This document shows, piece after piece, positions 18,347 to 29,160 of a stretch of DNA of 64,000 bases (positions are counted from its first letter, which is position 1; every line of letters begins with the position of its first letter). Under the pieces are notes generated by a model. It saw only the letters and a program-made list of their open reading frames with translations. It was not told where the DNA came from and searched no databases. The stretch comes from Desulfobacterales bacterium. GTDB taxonomy: Bacteria > Desulfobacterota > Desulfobacteria > Desulfobacterales > UBA2174. The stretch spans positions 32,001 through 96,000 of the forward strand of contig CAXXWC010000020.1 of NCBI GenBank assembly GCA_963668645.2, given 5' to 3'. A program made the translations under genes and the position numbers.

Positions 18347-19120
18347 TTAGCCCCGAGCCATGCCCAGCCGCTGCGCCCCGCAATAGACGCACAACCCGTC
18401 CGCCCCCTGGGGGTTGACCAGGGTCATGTTCATTCGCCGGGCCAGATCCACTGCCATGGCGGTTGGCCGCGAGACGGCCGCCACCAGGGCCACTCCGGCC
18501 CGCACGGCCTTGTTGACCATCTCGAAACTGATCCGCGAAGAAAGCACCAGGACCCGGATGCGATCGAACCCGCCCCCGAGTAAAAGTTTGCCCACCGCCT
18601 TGTCCAGGGCGTTGTGGCGGCCGACATCCTCGGCCACGGCCAGAAAGGCCAGCTGCTGATCGTACAAGGCGGCAGCATGGGCCGCACGGGTGGCGGCCCG
18701 CAGCGGCTGCAAGGCATCCAGGGACTCGAGCAGGCCGCGCAGCGCCCGTGGATCCAGCCGCGGGCCTCCGGCCGGCGGCGCAACCCCGGCCAGCTCGAAA
18801 TCGGGCACCGGCCCGCCGCCGGATGAGGCAAGCCGGTGCAAAAAGGTGTCCCGGCATCCTCCGGCCAGCAAGACGTGGACCGCGGTGCCCCCTTGCCGGG
18901 TTTGGACCGCCGCCAGATCTTGCGGACCGCCGATGAGCCCCTCGCTGAGGCAGTAACCGGCCGCCAAGGCCTCCTGATCGCCCGGGGTGCACAACAGAGT
19001 CGTAAACGGCCTGTCTTCGATCCAAAGGCGCACTGGCGCCTCTGCGATCAGATCACGCGTGCGGGCCTGGGCATCCGTACCCGCTGCGCAGTATACGGCG
19101 CAGGGAATCGTCTGTTTCAT
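18347..19120 (-). CDS. fdhD: Formate dehydrogenase accessory sulfurtransferase FdhD homolog
   Basis: LAAGYCLSEG, HAAAL, EDVGRHNALDK, SSRISFEMVNKA, AVSRPT. Confidence 0.85.
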   Translation of the reverse strand: MKQTIPCAVYCAAGTDAQARTRDLIAEAPVRLWIEDRPFTTLLCTPGDQEALAAGYCLSEGLIGGPQDLAAVQTRQGGTAVHVLLAGGCRDTFLHRLASSGGGPVPDFELAGVAPPAGGPRLDPRALRGLLESLDALQPLRAATRAAHAAALYDQQLAFLAVAEDVGRHNALDKAVGKLLLGGGFDRIRVLVLSSRISFEMVNKAVRAGVALVAAVSRPTAMAVDLARRMNMTLVNPQGADGLCVYCGAQRLGMARG

Positions 19121-19295
19121 GGGCTAAGGTCTCCGGGCCGTCAGTCTTCTCCCCCAGGAGGGCAAAAAACATGGCGGCTCCCCGTGGTTTTATCTTTTTG
19201 CTTGACAAAATATGCCAATCAATTAAATGTAAGCATTTTCGAAATGCATGGAGCGGCGTAATTCGCCATTCTGTTTTTCAAGGAGGAAACAATCG

Positions 19296-19607
19296 ATGTA
19301 CGCTATCGTGGAAACGGGCGGGAAGCAATACAGAACCCAGCCGGGCGAGATCCTGCGGGTCGAAAAGCTGGCCGGCGGGGTCGGAGACGCGGTGGTCTTC
19401 GACAAGGTGCTGATGATCGGCACGGACGAGGATGTGAAGGTCGGCACCCCGACCTTGGACGGCGCTGCGGTTAAAGGTTCCATTGTGGACCAGGGCAAGG
19501 GCCGCAAGATCATCATCTTCAAGTACAAGCGCCGCAAGGGGTACCGCCTGAAAAAGGGCCACCGGCAGCAATTTACGGCGGTGCGCATCGACGCCATCGA
19601 AGCCTGA
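19296..19607 (+). CDS. rplU: 50S ribosomal protein L21
   Basis: MYAIVETGGKQY...KGHRQ. Confidence 0.98.
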   Translation: MYAIVETGGKQYRTQPGEILRVEKLAGGVGDAVVFDKVLMIGTDEDVKVGTPTLDGAAVKGSIVDQGKGRKIIIFKYKRRKGYRLKKGHRQQFTAVRIDAIEA

Positions 19608-19678
19608 TATCAACGGCCTGTAAAAGCAAAAGAATTTCCGGCTATGGCAAATCCCGGCCGGAGTGAGGAGATATCCCC

Positions 19679-19933
19679 ATGGCACATAAAAAAGCGGGCG
19701 GCAGTTCCAAAAATGGCCGCGACAGCCAGGGCCAACGGCGCGGCATCAAGCGTTTTAGCGGCCAGCAGGTCACGGCCGGCAGCATTCTGGTACGCCAGTT
19801 GGGCACCCGAATCCATCCGGGCCAGAATGTCGGACTGGGCAAGGATTACACCCTTTTTGCCACCGTCGACGGTGTTGTGGCTTACGAGCGGATGGGACGT
19901 GCGCGCAAAAGGGTTAGCGTTTATCCCGCGTGA
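19679..19933 (+). CDS. rpmA: 50S ribosomal protein L27
   Basis: [16 protein letters not shown]. Confidence 0.98.
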   Translation: MAHKKAGGSSKNGRDSQGQRRGIKRFSGQQVTAGSILVRQLGTRIHPGQNVGLGKDYTLFATVDGVVAYERMGRARKRVSVYPA

Positions 19934-20928
19934 AATTCATCGATGAAGCGATCGTTACCGTCCAGTCCGGCGACGGTGGTCGGGGATGCGTCAGTTTCCG
20001 GCGCGAGAAGTACGTTCCCCGTGGTGGCCCGGACGGCGGTGACGGCGGCCGCGGCGGCGAGGTGATCCTCGCCGCGCGGGCCGGTCGTCGCACCCTCTAT
20101 CCCTTCCGTTTCCGCAGATTCTTCAAAGCCCCCAACGGCGCTCCGGGCGAAGGCAGCCAGCGCTCGGGCAAATCCGGCACCGACCTGATCGTTGAAGTTC
20201 CACCCGGAACGCTTGTTTTTGATGTCGCTTCCGGCGAGTTGATCAAAGATATGCTGGCCGACGGGGATACGCTCTGCGTGGCCCGCGGCGGCCGCGGCGG
20301 AAAAGGCAACACCCACTTCAAGACCAGCACGCACCAGACCCCACGTTTCGCCCAGCCCGGAGAAGCGGGGGAAACCCGGGAACTGCGCCTGGAGCTCAAG
20401 CTGCTGGCCGATGTGGGCATCATCGGGCTGCCCAACGCGGGCAAATCCACCCTTCTGGCCAGGGTATCGGCAGCCACTCCCAAGATCGCCGATTATCCGT
20501 TCACCACCTTGACGCCCAACCTGGGTGTGATCGCCCCGCCTTTCGGCGGGGAGCCCTTCGTGATGGCGGACATCCCCGGCCTGATCGAGGGCGCTCACAA
20601 GGGCGTGGGACTCGGCACCCGCTTTTTGCGCCACGTGGAACGCACCCGCATCCTGGTCCACCTCATCGACGTGCAATCCGTCGATCCGGACGACCCATTG
20701 CGCGACTGGCGCACGGTCAACGATGAATTGCGCCTCTACGGCCGCCAACTGGTCGAAAAACCGCAGGTTGTGGCCTTGAACAAGGTCGACCTGAGCGACG
20801 CGGAACAGAAAGTCGCCGCCTTTCGCAAGGCCTTCACCGAGGCTCCCGTGATCGGCATTTCGGCCGCGACCGGAGCCGGAATCCGCGAACTCCTGGGCCG
20901 CATCGTTGCCGCGCTGGAAAACACGTAA
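19930..20928 (+). CDS. obgE: GTPase ObgE/CgtA
   Basis: [42 protein letters not shown]. Confidence 0.97.
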   Translation: MKFIDEAIVTVQSGDGGRGCVSFRREKYVPRGGPDGGDGGRGGEVILAARAGRRTLYPFRFRRFFKAPNGAPGEGSQRSGKSGTDLIVEVPPGTLVFDVASGELIKDMLADGDTLCVARGGRGGKGNTHFKTSTHQTPRFAQPGEAGETRELRLELKLLADVGIIGLPNAGKSTLLARVSAATPKIADYPFTTLTPNLGVIAPPFGGEPFVMADIPGLIEGAHKGVGLGTRFLRHVERTRILVHLIDVQSVDPDDPLRDWRTVNDELRLYGRQLVEKPQVVALNKVDLSDAEQKVAAFRKAFTEAPVIGISAATGAGIRELLGRIVAALENT

Positions 20929-20966
20929 CCGGCAAAGAGGCCTAGCGTTTCGGCAGGGGCCTACAC

Positions 20967-21674
20967 TTGAAACCGCTACACCATACCCGTCCCCCAGCGG
21001 CTCCAGCCCGGCGCATCGGGCTTTTCGGCGGCACCTTTGATCCCATCCACCTGGGGCACATGGAGGTGGCCGACGCCGCGCGCCGGCGCTTCGAACTGGA
21101 CGAGATTTGTCTCGTACCGTCGGCCCAGCCCCCCCACAAGCGGCCCATCCCGGCAGCCGCTCCGGCCGATCGGCTGGCCATGGTACGCCTGGCGGCCGCC
21201 GGACGGGCGGGTTTCAGCGTATCTGCGGTGGAGCTGGAAAGAGAGGGGCCGTCGTACACCATCGAAACCATCACCCAGGTCAAAAACGGTGGCGCCCCAA
21301 ACGCGGCACTTTTCTTTCTGATCGGATACGACGCCTTCCTTGAGTTGAACACCTGGAAGGCTTATAATGCCATCTTGCAACAAGTGGATCTGATCGTTTT
21401 GGCCCGGGCCCGATTTTGCAGCCAAGATCTGGATTCGGCCATCACGGCCTTAAAACGCTATATCCACCGGCACCTTGACCCCGGATATCGCTGGGACGGC
21501 CAACGCTTCGGATTCGTTCACCCAGAGCTGCGCACGATCTATTTTTTCGACGGCCCGCGGCTGAACATCTCGGCCACCGAAATCCGCCGGCGCCTCGGTC
21601 AGGGGTTGCCGGTGGGCACCCTCGTACCGGCAGCGGTTGCCGGCTACATCGAACAAAAAGGACTTTATCGATGA
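20967..21674 (+). CDS. nadD: Nicotinate-nucleotide adenylyltransferase
   Basis: GGTFDPIHLGH, PSYT, ISATEIR; exact start uncertain. Confidence 0.93.
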   Translation: MKPLHHTRPPAAPARRIGLFGGTFDPIHLGHMEVADAARRRFELDEICLVPSAQPPHKRPIPAAAPADRLAMVRLAAAGRAGFSVSAVELEREGPSYTIETITQVKNGGAPNAALFFLIGYDAFLELNTWKAYNAILQQVDLIVLARARFCSQDLDSAITALKRYIHRHLDPGYRWDGQRFGFVHPELRTIYFFDGPRLNISATEIRRRLGQGLPVGTLVPAAVAGYIEQKGLYR

Positions 21675-22069
21675 ACGTGGAAATCGATCCGCAACTCGAC
21701 CTTTTCGTCCAGGCCGCACTGGCCAAGAAGGCCGAGCGCATCGTGCTTCTCGACGTGCGCGAAAAAACCGCCATCGCCGATGTCTTTCTGATCTGCTCGG
21801 GCCGCAGCAGCCGCCAGGTCGAGGCCATTGCCGAACACGTGGCCATAACGATGAAAGGCCACGGGATACGCCCGCTGAGCACCGAGGGGGTCAAGGAAGG
21901 CCATTGGGCCCTGATCGATTACGGTCATATCCTGGTACACGTGTTCCATGAGCCGGTGCGCCAGTTCTACGACCTGGACGGGCTGTGGATCGACGCCCCC
22001 CGTCTCAACACCCCCAGCCTGCCCAGGATCCTCTCACGCCCCAAGGAGATTGAAGAATATGTCGAATAG
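21671..22069 (+). CDS. rsfS: Ribosome silencing factor RsfS
   Basis: [24 protein letters not shown]. Confidence 0.95.
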   Translation: MNVEIDPQLDLFVQAALAKKAERIVLLDVREKTAIADVFLICSGRSSRQVEAIAEHVAITMKGHGIRPLSTEGVKEGHWALIDYGHILVHVFHEPVRQFYDLDGLWIDAPRLNTPSLPRILSRPKEIEEYVE

Positions 22070-23612
22070 CCCCCGACCTTGCATGCTGATCATCCTGGAC
22101 GGCTGGGGCCTCAACCCCGACAAAACGGGAAACGCCGTGGCCCAGGCCCGCACGCCGGTCCTCGACCGGCTGGCAGCCGAATACCCCGCCACCCGGCTCA
22201 AAACCTGCGGGCCGGATGTGGGCCTGCCGGACGGCATCATGGGCAACAGCGAGGTGGGGCATCTGAACATCGGCGCGGGCCGCATCGTTTACCAGGACCT
22301 GTTGCGCATCGACCGGGCCATCGAGGATGGCAGCTTTTTCCGCAATCCGGCCCTTTCACAGCTCATGGACGATCTTAAGGCCGGCGGCGGGCGGCTCCAC
22401 CTTTTGGGGCTGGTTTCCGACGGCGGGGTGCACAGCCAGTTGACCCACCTGCTCGCATTGCTGGACATGGCCCGGCAGCGAAACGTTCCGCATACGCTCG
22501 TTCACGCCATCACCGACGGCCGGGACACGGCGCCGGACGGTGGCGCCGGTTATCTGCAAAAGGTTCAAACCCATATCGTTGAGCACGGCTACGGCCGCAT
22601 CGCATCGGTCTGCGGCCGCTACTTCGCCATGGATCGCGACCAGCGCTGGGACCGCACCGCAAAAGCCTGGAACCTCTACCTGCACGGCGAGGGACGCACG
22701 GCCGGCGACCCTGTCGCGGCGGTGCGCAGCGCCTACGATCGCAACGAGACGGACGAATTCATCCAGCCCATCGCCATCACCGGCGCCGGCAAGCCGTACG
22801 AGGGGATCGTACGCGACGGCGACGGAATCGTGTTTTTCAATTTTCGCGCCGACCGGGCGCGCCAGCTCACCCGGGCCTTTACCGTAGATGGATTCGACGG
22901 CTTCGAGCGCAAAGAACGTCCCCGTTTGGCCGGCTTTGTCACCATGACCCTTTACGATGAGCACTTCACCGTTCCGGTGGCCTTCCAGCCCGAGCACCTG
23001 GACAACATCCTGGGCGAAGTGGTGAGCCGCAACGGTTTACGCCAGCTTCGGATCGCGGAAACGGAAAAGTACGCCCATGTCACCTATTTCTTCAACGGCG
23101 GTGAGGAAACGGCCTTCGAAGGCGAGGACCGCTGCCTGATCCCCTCGCCACGCGATGTGCCGACCTATGACTACAAGCCGGAGATGAGCGCCGAGGCCGT
23201 GACCGACGAAGTGCTGCGGCGCATCGACAGTGGCACCTACGACCTGATCGTTCTCAACTTCGCCAACATGGACATGGTCGGCCATACCGGCATTATGGAG
23301 GCGGCGGTGCGCGCCTGTGAGACGGTGGACCGCTCCGTAGGCCGTATCGTCGAAAAACTGCGGCAAAAGGGCGGGGCCGCCCTGATCACCGCCGATCATG
23401 GCAACGCCGAGCGGATGCGCGACAAAGACGGCCATCCCCACACGGCCCACACGCTCAACCCGGTACGGGTGATTCTGGTCGACGAGGGCCGAAAATCGGC
23501 CCTCTTGCGGCCCATGGGGCGCCTGGCGGACATTGCGCCCACATTGCTCGAACTGCTGGGCATCGGCCAACCGGACGAGATGACCGGCCAATCCCTGATC
23601 GAGAAAGGCTGA
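22059..23612 (+). CDS. gpmI: 2,3-BPG-independent phosphoglycerate mutase
   Basis: [38 protein letters not shown]. Confidence 0.97.
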   Translation: MSNSPRPCMLIILDGWGLNPDKTGNAVAQARTPVLDRLAAEYPATRLKTCGPDVGLPDGIMGNSEVGHLNIGAGRIVYQDLLRIDRAIEDGSFFRNPALSQLMDDLKAGGGRLHLLGLVSDGGVHSQLTHLLALLDMARQRNVPHTLVHAITDGRDTAPDGGAGYLQKVQTHIVEHGYGRIASVCGRYFAMDRDQRWDRTAKAWNLYLHGEGRTAGDPVAAVRSAYDRNETDEFIQPIAITGAGKPYEGIVRDGDGIVFFNFRADRARQLTRAFTVDGFDGFERKERPRLAGFVTMTLYDEHFTVPVAFQPEHLDNILGEVVSRNGLRQLRIAETEKYAHVTYFFNGGEETAFEGEDRCLIPSPRDVPTYDYKPEMSAEAVTDEVLRRIDSGTYDLIVLNFANMDMVGHTGIMEAAVRACETVDRSVGRIVEKLRQKGGAALITADHGNAERMRDKDGHPHTAHTLNPVRVILVDEGRKSALLRPMGRLADIAPTLLELLGIGQPDEMTGQSLIEKG

Positions 23613-23616
23613 CCCC

Positions 23617-24159
23617 ATGCCGAAGGATCTCCGGACCGATCCTGTCGCGACCTGCCACGACTTCATTACCGGCCGTCTGGTTCCCGATGCGGGCGCTGAG
23701 GCCAACCGTCAGGCGGTGGAACGGCTTCTGGTGGAACAAAAAGGCTATGCGGTCGAAGAGATTGAAGTGGACGTGCCGCTTGACGTCACCATCGAGGGGG
23801 AAACCTACCACGGCCGCGTCGATCTGGTGGTGGCTCTCGGGGGCCGGCGCCAGATGGCGATCAAGTGCGCCGCGGGTTCTCTCGACTCGCGCCAACGCGA
23901 GATCCTGGCCGCCGCGCGGCTGTTGGATCCCGGCCGTACCCTGCCCCTGGCCGTTGCCAGCAACGGCGCAGACGCCGTCGTATGGGAGGCGCAGACCGGC
24001 AAGGAGATCGCTTGCGGGCCGGCCGCCATCCCGGATCGGGCCGCCCTGGCGGCCGCCTTCGGCACCTGCGACCTGCCCCCTCTCGATGAGCGGCGCCTGG
24101 CAAGAGAGCGGATCGTGTTTCGTTCCTACGACAGCATGAACGTCAACCAGCCGCGCTGA
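23617..24159 (+). CDS. Stand-alone HsdR N-terminal-like (PD-(D/E)XK fold) protein
   Basis: EANRQAVERLLVEQKGY..IEVD..RVDLVV..AVASNG pattern. Confidence 0.65.
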   Translation: MPKDLRTDPVATCHDFITGRLVPDAGAEANRQAVERLLVEQKGYAVEEIEVDVPLDVTIEGETYHGRVDLVVALGGRRQMAIKCAAGSLDSRQREILAAARLLDPGRTLPLAVASNGADAVVWEAQTGKEIACGPAAIPDRAALAAAFGTCDLPPLDERRLARERIVFRSYDSMNVNQPR

Positions 24160-24197
24160 TCCGACCGGCCAGGGCAAGGCCTTCATGCTCCCACCGG

Positions 24198-25244
24198 TTA
24201 GTCGTTCTGGCTTTCGATCCCATCGCCGGCCGCCGGGATTTGTCGCGGCGATAAAAGGTCTGCAAAATAGGCTTCGACCGCCATCAACGCCTCGGCCCGG
24301 GTCTGCAGCTGTTTGATCCTTTCGCGAAAAGCGCCGGCCCGCGGCAGCCCCTTGACGAACCAGCCCAGGCGGCTGCGCAGCATGCGGCAGCCGACACCTT
24401 CGCCGCAATAGGCGACCGTATCGACGATGTAGCGGCGCATGGCATCGCCGCGCTGCTGGACCGTCGCCTCGGTAAAAGTCCCCGTCGCCAAAAGGCTGTT
24501 GATCTGCCCGAAAAGCCAGGGATTGCCGATGGCCGCGCGGCCGATCATCACCGCATCGCAGCCGGTTTCGGCCAGCATGCGCAGGGCATCCTGGGGCACG
24601 GCGATGTCGCCGTTGCCGATCACCGGAATCTTTGCCTGCGCCTTGATGCGGCCGATCAGCGGCCAGTCGGCCTTTCCGGAAAAGCCCTGGGACGCGGTGC
24701 GCGGATGAACCGCCAAGGCATCCACCCCGCAATCGACGGCGATGCGCGCGATTTCGACGGCCTGCTCTCCCGAGGCGCTCCAGCCGCTGCGGATCTTGAT
24801 CGTCAGCGGGATGGCCACGGCCCGGCGCACCGCGGTCAAAACGGCCGCCGCCCGCTGCGCCTCGCGCATCAGGGCCACACCGGCGCCGGTTTTGACGATC
24901 TTGCGCACACTGCAACCGAAGTTGATATCGAGGATGTCCGCGCCGGCATCGGCCACCATTCGGGCCGCCTGGGCCATGATTGCCGGTTCGGCGCCGAAGA
25001 GCTGGATCGAAATCGGTCGCTCCGCCGGATCGCTTTCAAGCATGGCGTGGGTCTTACGCGATTGATGGACCAGCCCGTTGGCGCTGACCATCTCCGCGCA
25101 GACCAGACCTGCGCCCCAGGTCTTGGCCAACAGGCGCAAAGGCAGGTTGGTAATGCCGGCCAGGGGCGCCAAGACCGTCCGGGACGGTATGGATACCGCA
25201 CCGATCGACCAGCCCCGGGATGCATCAGGAGATTCGAGCTTCAA
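24198..25244 (-). CDS. dusB: tRNA-dihydrouridine synthase DusB
   Basis: LAPLAG, IQLFG, DINFGC, GNGDI, MIGR; start uncertain. Confidence 0.9.
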   Translation of the reverse strand: MKLESPDASRGWSIGAVSIPSRTVLAPLAGITNLPLRLLAKTWGAGLVCAEMVSANGLVHQSRKTHAMLESDPAERPISIQLFGAEPAIMAQAARMVADAGADILDINFGCSVRKIVKTGAGVALMREAQRAAAVLTAVRRAVAIPLTIKIRSGWSASGEQAVEIARIAVDCGVDALAVHPRTASQGFSGKADWPLIGRIKAQAKIPVIGNGDIAVPQDALRMLAETGCDAVMIGRAAIGNPWLFGQINSLLATGTFTEATVQQRGDAMRRYIVDTVAYCGEGVGCRMLRSRLGWFVKGLPRAGAFRERIKQLQTRAEALMAVEAYFADLLSPRQIPAAGDGIESQND

Positions 25245-25373
25245 GCTAATACCCTTAAAAACGAACCGTTATGCATGTTGAACACTTTGGCCAAAGACCC
25301 GGCACCATAGCCCAAAGCCCTTGGCTGGGTCACCTTTTTTCTTCTTTTGCAAAGATAACGCCCCCGGTTGGAA

Positions 25374-25402
25374 TTGACACTGCCTGCGGCCTTATCTATA
25401 GT
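25374..25402 (+). promoter_or_regulatory. sigma70 promoter of the ABC/gpt operon
   Basis: TTGACA-17 bp-TATAGT. Confidence 0.65.
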
Positions 25403-25503
25403 TTTTTATTTTAACCGAATCTCTGGCCCTCTTCAATCCAACGCCGGTGGCGTTCACGGCGGCCCAAAAGCCCCGCCACCGGCATCCTGCAAGGAGAAAA
25501 TCG

Positions 25504-26568
25504 ATGCGCAAGGTACTGATGCTGGTCTTGTGTCTAGGGTTGGCGGCGATCACCGGAATCCCGGCGGCTACGGCCAAAGAGATGCAAGTCGGATTCATTT
25601 ACGTATCGCCGGTGGGTGATGCCGGTTGGTCCTATGCCCACGACCTTGGAAGGCAGGCGATCGAATCACTTCCCGGCGTGAAAACGGCCTATGTCGAAGC
25701 CGTGGCAGAAGGGCCGGATTCAGAACGGGTCATGCTCAACATGGCGCGCAAAGGGTATGATCTGATCTTTGCCACCAGCTACGGCTACATGGATTCGATG
25801 CTCAAAGTGGCCGGGCAGTTTCCCAAGACCGTCTTCATGCACTGTTCAGGATACAAGCTGGCGCCCAACATGGGCAATTATTTCGGCCGCATCTACCAGG
25901 CGCGCTACCTGACCGGAATGGTGGCCGGCGCCATGACCCGCAGCAAGCAGATCGGTTATGTGGCGGCTTTCCCGATCCCCGAGGTCATCCGGGGGATCAA
26001 CGCCTTCACCCTGGGGGTTCGGGCCGTCAATCCTGAGACTTCGGTAAGGGTGGTGTGGACCAAGACCTGGTACGACCCGGCCACCGAGAAAGAGGCGGCC
26101 AAGAGCCTCCTGGACGTCAACTGCGACGTGATCGCCCAACATCAAGACAGCCCGGGCCCTCAGGAAGCGGCCCAGGAACACGGCGCCTATTCGATCGGCT
26201 ACGACACCGACATGGCGGCTTTCGCTCCCAAGGCCCACCTGACCGCAGCCATCTGGAACTGGGCACCCTTCTATAGCGAAGTGGTCGAAAGCGTGCGCAA
26301 CGGCACCTGGAAGAGCACATCGACCTGGCCGGGGCTGGAAAAAGGCATCGTCGATATCGCGCCTTTCGGTTCCATGGTTCCCGAAGCGGTCAGGACCCGG
26401 GTGCAGGCTGAAAAGGCCCGCATTGCCGGCGGTGAAGATCACATCTTTCGCGGCCCCATCAAAGACCAACAGGGCAACCTGAAGATCGCGGCCGGTGAAA
26501 AAGCCTCCGATCAATCGCTGCTCGGCATGACCTGGTTCGTCGAGGGCGTGATCGGAACCACCGAATGA
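25504..26568 (+). CDS. BMP-family ABC substrate-binding protein (purine/nucleoside)
   Basis: Signal peptide; GFIYVSPVGDAGWSYAH; PEVIRGINAFTLG; AGGAG RBS. Confidence 0.92.
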   Translation: MRKVLMLVLCLGLAAITGIPAATAKEMQVGFIYVSPVGDAGWSYAHDLGRQAIESLPGVKTAYVEAVAEGPDSERVMLNMARKGYDLIFATSYGYMDSMLKVAGQFPKTVFMHCSGYKLAPNMGNYFGRIYQARYLTGMVAGAMTRSKQIGYVAAFPIPEVIRGINAFTLGVRAVNPETSVRVVWTKTWYDPATEKEAAKSLLDVNCDVIAQHQDSPGPQEAAQEHGAYSIGYDTDMAAFAPKAHLTAAIWNWAPFYSEVVESVRNGTWKSTSTWPGLEKGIVDIAPFGSMVPEAVRTRVQAEKARIAGGEDHIFRGPIKDQQGNLKIAAGEKASDQSLLGMTWFVEGVIGTTE

Positions 26569-26573
26569 CCAGC

Positions 26574-26605
26574 ATGGCGGCGGCTCGATCCGGGGCCGCC
26601 GCCAT
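26574..26605 (+). terminator. Intercistronic GC stem-loop after the substrate-binding gene
   Basis: ATGGCGGCGGC...GCCGCCGCCAT followed by a short T run. Confidence 0.55.
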
Positions 26606-26641
26606 CCGTCTTTTCACTCCTGCCCGCCGGCTTGACGGTGC

Positions 26642-27721
26642 ATGATGGGCCATGGCTTGATCCCCTTTAGCGTCCATAAACGACCGGTACCCCTGACGTG
26701 GCCCGCCTTGTTGATTTTGGCCGCGGCCCTCGGATTTTCCCTCATCATCAGCGCCCTTTTGCTCCACTGGCAGGAAAAGCCCGCTCTGAGCGCTTTAGGC
26801 CTGCTGTTCGAGGGCGCCTTTGGTTCGCTGCACGCCCTGGAAGACTGTACCATTAAAGCCGTGCCCATCTTTCTGTGCAGCCTTGGCGTCGCGGTGGCTT
26901 TCCGGCTCCAGATCTGGAATATCGGTGCCGAAGGACAGTACGCCATGGGAGCCATCGGGGCCACCTGGGTTGTGCTTGCCTTTCCCCACTGGCCCGCATA
27001 TCTGCTCTTGCCAGCCATGCTTTTCGCCTCGGCCTTGGCCGGCGGCATCTGCGGGCTGATTCCGGCCCTGCTCAAGGTCCATTTCAAGACCAACGAAATC
27101 ATCGTTTCGCTGATGCTCAACTACATCTGCATCCTTTTTCTGGAGTATCTGGTCTACGGGCCCTGGAAGGACCCGGTGAGCTTCGGTTTTCCCATGACCC
27201 CGGTCTTTCCCGCCGCGGCCATCGTAAAAACCATCGGCGATACCCGGTTGAACTGGGGATTGCTGCTGTGCCTGGCTTCGGCCGCCGGGTTCTGGCTCTT
27301 TTTCCGTTTTACGCGCCTGGGCTACGAATTGACCGTCAGCGGCGAAAGCCTTGCGGCGGCCCGCTATGCCCACCTGCCCTATCGGCGCCTGGTGGTTACG
27401 GTCATGATCGTCAGTGGCGCTTTGGCCGGATGGGCCGGATTTTTGGAAGCCTCGGCCACCCTCAACCGCCTCCAGCCGAGCATCATGGTCGGTTATGGCT
27501 ACACCGCCATCGTTGTAGCCTGGCTGGCCCGGCTCCACCCGGCCAGCATCGCTGCGGCCAGCTTCCTGCTCGCCGGGCTGAGGGTCGGCGTTGAAAACTT
27601 GCAGCTCGAAATGCAAATACCCGCCGCTTTCGGCGGCATCATGGAGGGTGTTATTCTGCTGACCGTACTGGCCGGAGGTCTCTTCGGGCACTACCGCATC
27701 CGCTGGCGGGGGCTACCATGA
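26642..27721 (+). CDS. ABC transporter permease
   Basis: WNIGAEGQ, NEIIVSLMLNY, GYGYTAIVVAWL. Confidence 0.92.
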   Translation: MMGHGLIPFSVHKRPVPLTWPALLILAAALGFSLIISALLLHWQEKPALSALGLLFEGAFGSLHALEDCTIKAVPIFLCSLGVAVAFRLQIWNIGAEGQYAMGAIGATWVVLAFPHWPAYLLLPAMLFASALAGGICGLIPALLKVHFKTNEIIVSLMLNYICILFLEYLVYGPWKDPVSFGFPMTPVFPAAAIVKTIGDTRLNWGLLLCLASAAGFWLFFRFTRLGYELTVSGESLAAARYAHLPYRRLVVTVMIVSGALAGWAGFLEASATLNRLQPSIMVGYGYTAIVVAWLARLHPASIAAASFLLAGLRVGVENLQLEMQIPAAFGGIMEGVILLTVLAGGLFGHYRIRWRGLP

Positions 27722-28638
27722 ACGTGGAGATGATCCTGCCGCTGCTGGCCGCCACCGTTCAAACCGGGACCCCGATCCTTTATGCCACCTTGGGGGAAAT
27801 CGTTACCGAGCGCTCCGGAATTCTCAACCTCGGGGTCGAGGGCATCATGATGGTCGGAGCCCTGGCCGCCTATATCTGCGCCCTGCTCAGCGGCGATGCC
27901 TGGCTCGGATTCGCCGCCGGAGCCGGCTGCGGGGCTGTTCTGGCATGCATTCACGGATTGGTATGCATCGTTTTTCGCGGCAATCAGGTCGTCTCCGGAC
28001 TGGCATTGACGATCCTTGGGAGCGGGCTGGCCAATTTCCTCGGCACCCCTTATATCGGAAAAAGCATACCCGGTTTTCAACGCTTCAGCCTGCCGTTGGT
28101 CGAGCAGATCCCCATTCTGGGACCGATCTTTTTCCGTCAGGACCTGTTGGTCTACCTTTCCTATCTCGCCCCGCTTATCGTTTGGATCGCCCTTGAACGC
28201 ACCGCCTGGGGGCTGAATTTGCGGGCGGTGGGCGAGGCTCCGGATGCGGTCGAGGCGGCGGGGCTTTCCGTTTCTTTTCTGCGCTGGAGCGGGGTTTTCA
28301 TCGGCGGCGGCCTCATGGGGGCCGGCGGGGCCTACCTCTCTTTGGCCTACACCCATCTTTGGACCACCGGTCTGGTGGCCGGGCGTGGCTGGATCGCGGT
28401 GGCCCTGGTTATTTTTGCCTTCTGGCGCCCCGGCCGTGCCGTACTCGGCGCTTATCTTTTCGGCGGTGTCATGGCCTTCCAGTTCCGCTTGCAGGCACTG
28501 GGAACCAACCTGCCCTCATCACTGCTTTTGATGCTGCCCTATGGGCTGACCATCGTCGTTCTGGTTGCAGCCAGCATCCGTTTCGGCAGCCATGCGGCCC
28601 CCGCGGCTCTTGGCATCAACCACGAACCGCAGGATTGA
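27718..28638 (+). CDS. ABC transporter permease
   Basis: ERSGILNLGVEG, LRAVGEAP, GRGWIAVALVIF. Confidence 0.92.
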   Translation: MNVEMILPLLAATVQTGTPILYATLGEIVTERSGILNLGVEGIMMVGALAAYICALLSGDAWLGFAAGAGCGAVLACIHGLVCIVFRGNQVVSGLALTILGSGLANFLGTPYIGKSIPGFQRFSLPLVEQIPILGPIFFRQDLLVYLSYLAPLIVWIALERTAWGLNLRAVGEAPDAVEAAGLSVSFLRWSGVFIGGGLMGAGGAYLSLAYTHLWTTGLVAGRGWIAVALVIFAFWRPGRAVLGAYLFGGVMAFQFRLQALGTNLPSSLLLMLPYGLTIVVLVAASIRFGSHAAPAALGINHEPQD

Positions 28639-28668
28639 TTTTCGCATGCCATCTGCAAGGAAAACGTC

Positions 28669-29160
28669 ATGGAACCTCATCAGCAATTCCGTAAAACCTT
28701 TCCCATTTCCTGGGAACAGCTTCATCGCGACAGCAAAGCCCTTGCCTGGCGATTGCTCGATACGAACTACTTTAAGGGCCTGATCGCCGTCACCCGCGGC
28801 GGTCTCGTGCCAGCGGCCATCGTTTCAAGGGAGTTGGGGATCCGATTGGTCGATACGGTCTGTATTTCAAGTTATGAGTGGCAAGATCACAAGGGCGATG
28901 TGGAAGTCCTCAAGCGGTTCGAGGGCGACGGGAAGGGGTGGCTGATCATAGACGACCTGGTCGATACCGGAAAAACGGCCCGGGTGGTCCGGGACATGCT
29001 CCCAGGGGCCCATTTTGCCACCGTTTACGCCAAACCGGCCGGCCGCCCCCTGGTGGACACCTACATTACGGAAGTCAGTCAGGACACGTGGATCCTCTTT
29101 CCTTGGGACAGCGAAGTACAATTCGCCCAACCGCTGATCGAGCGGCGCCAGGTACGCTGA
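28669..29160 (+). CDS. gpt: Xanthine/guanine phosphoribosyltransferase
   Basis: [24 protein letters not shown] motif, WILFPWD. Confidence 0.92.
   Translation: MEPHQQFRKTFPISWEQLHRDSKALAWRLLDTNYFKGLIAVTRGGLVPAAIVSRELGIRLVDTVCISSYEWQDHKGDVEVLKRFEGDGKGWLIIDDLVDTGKTARVVRDMLPGAHFATVYAKPAGRPLVDTYITEVSQDTWILFPWDSEVQFAQPLIERRQVR

Noticed and set aside
23617..24159. Type I restriction-modification system
   Set aside because: No HsdM, HsdS or motor domain, and the catalytic motif is degenerate.
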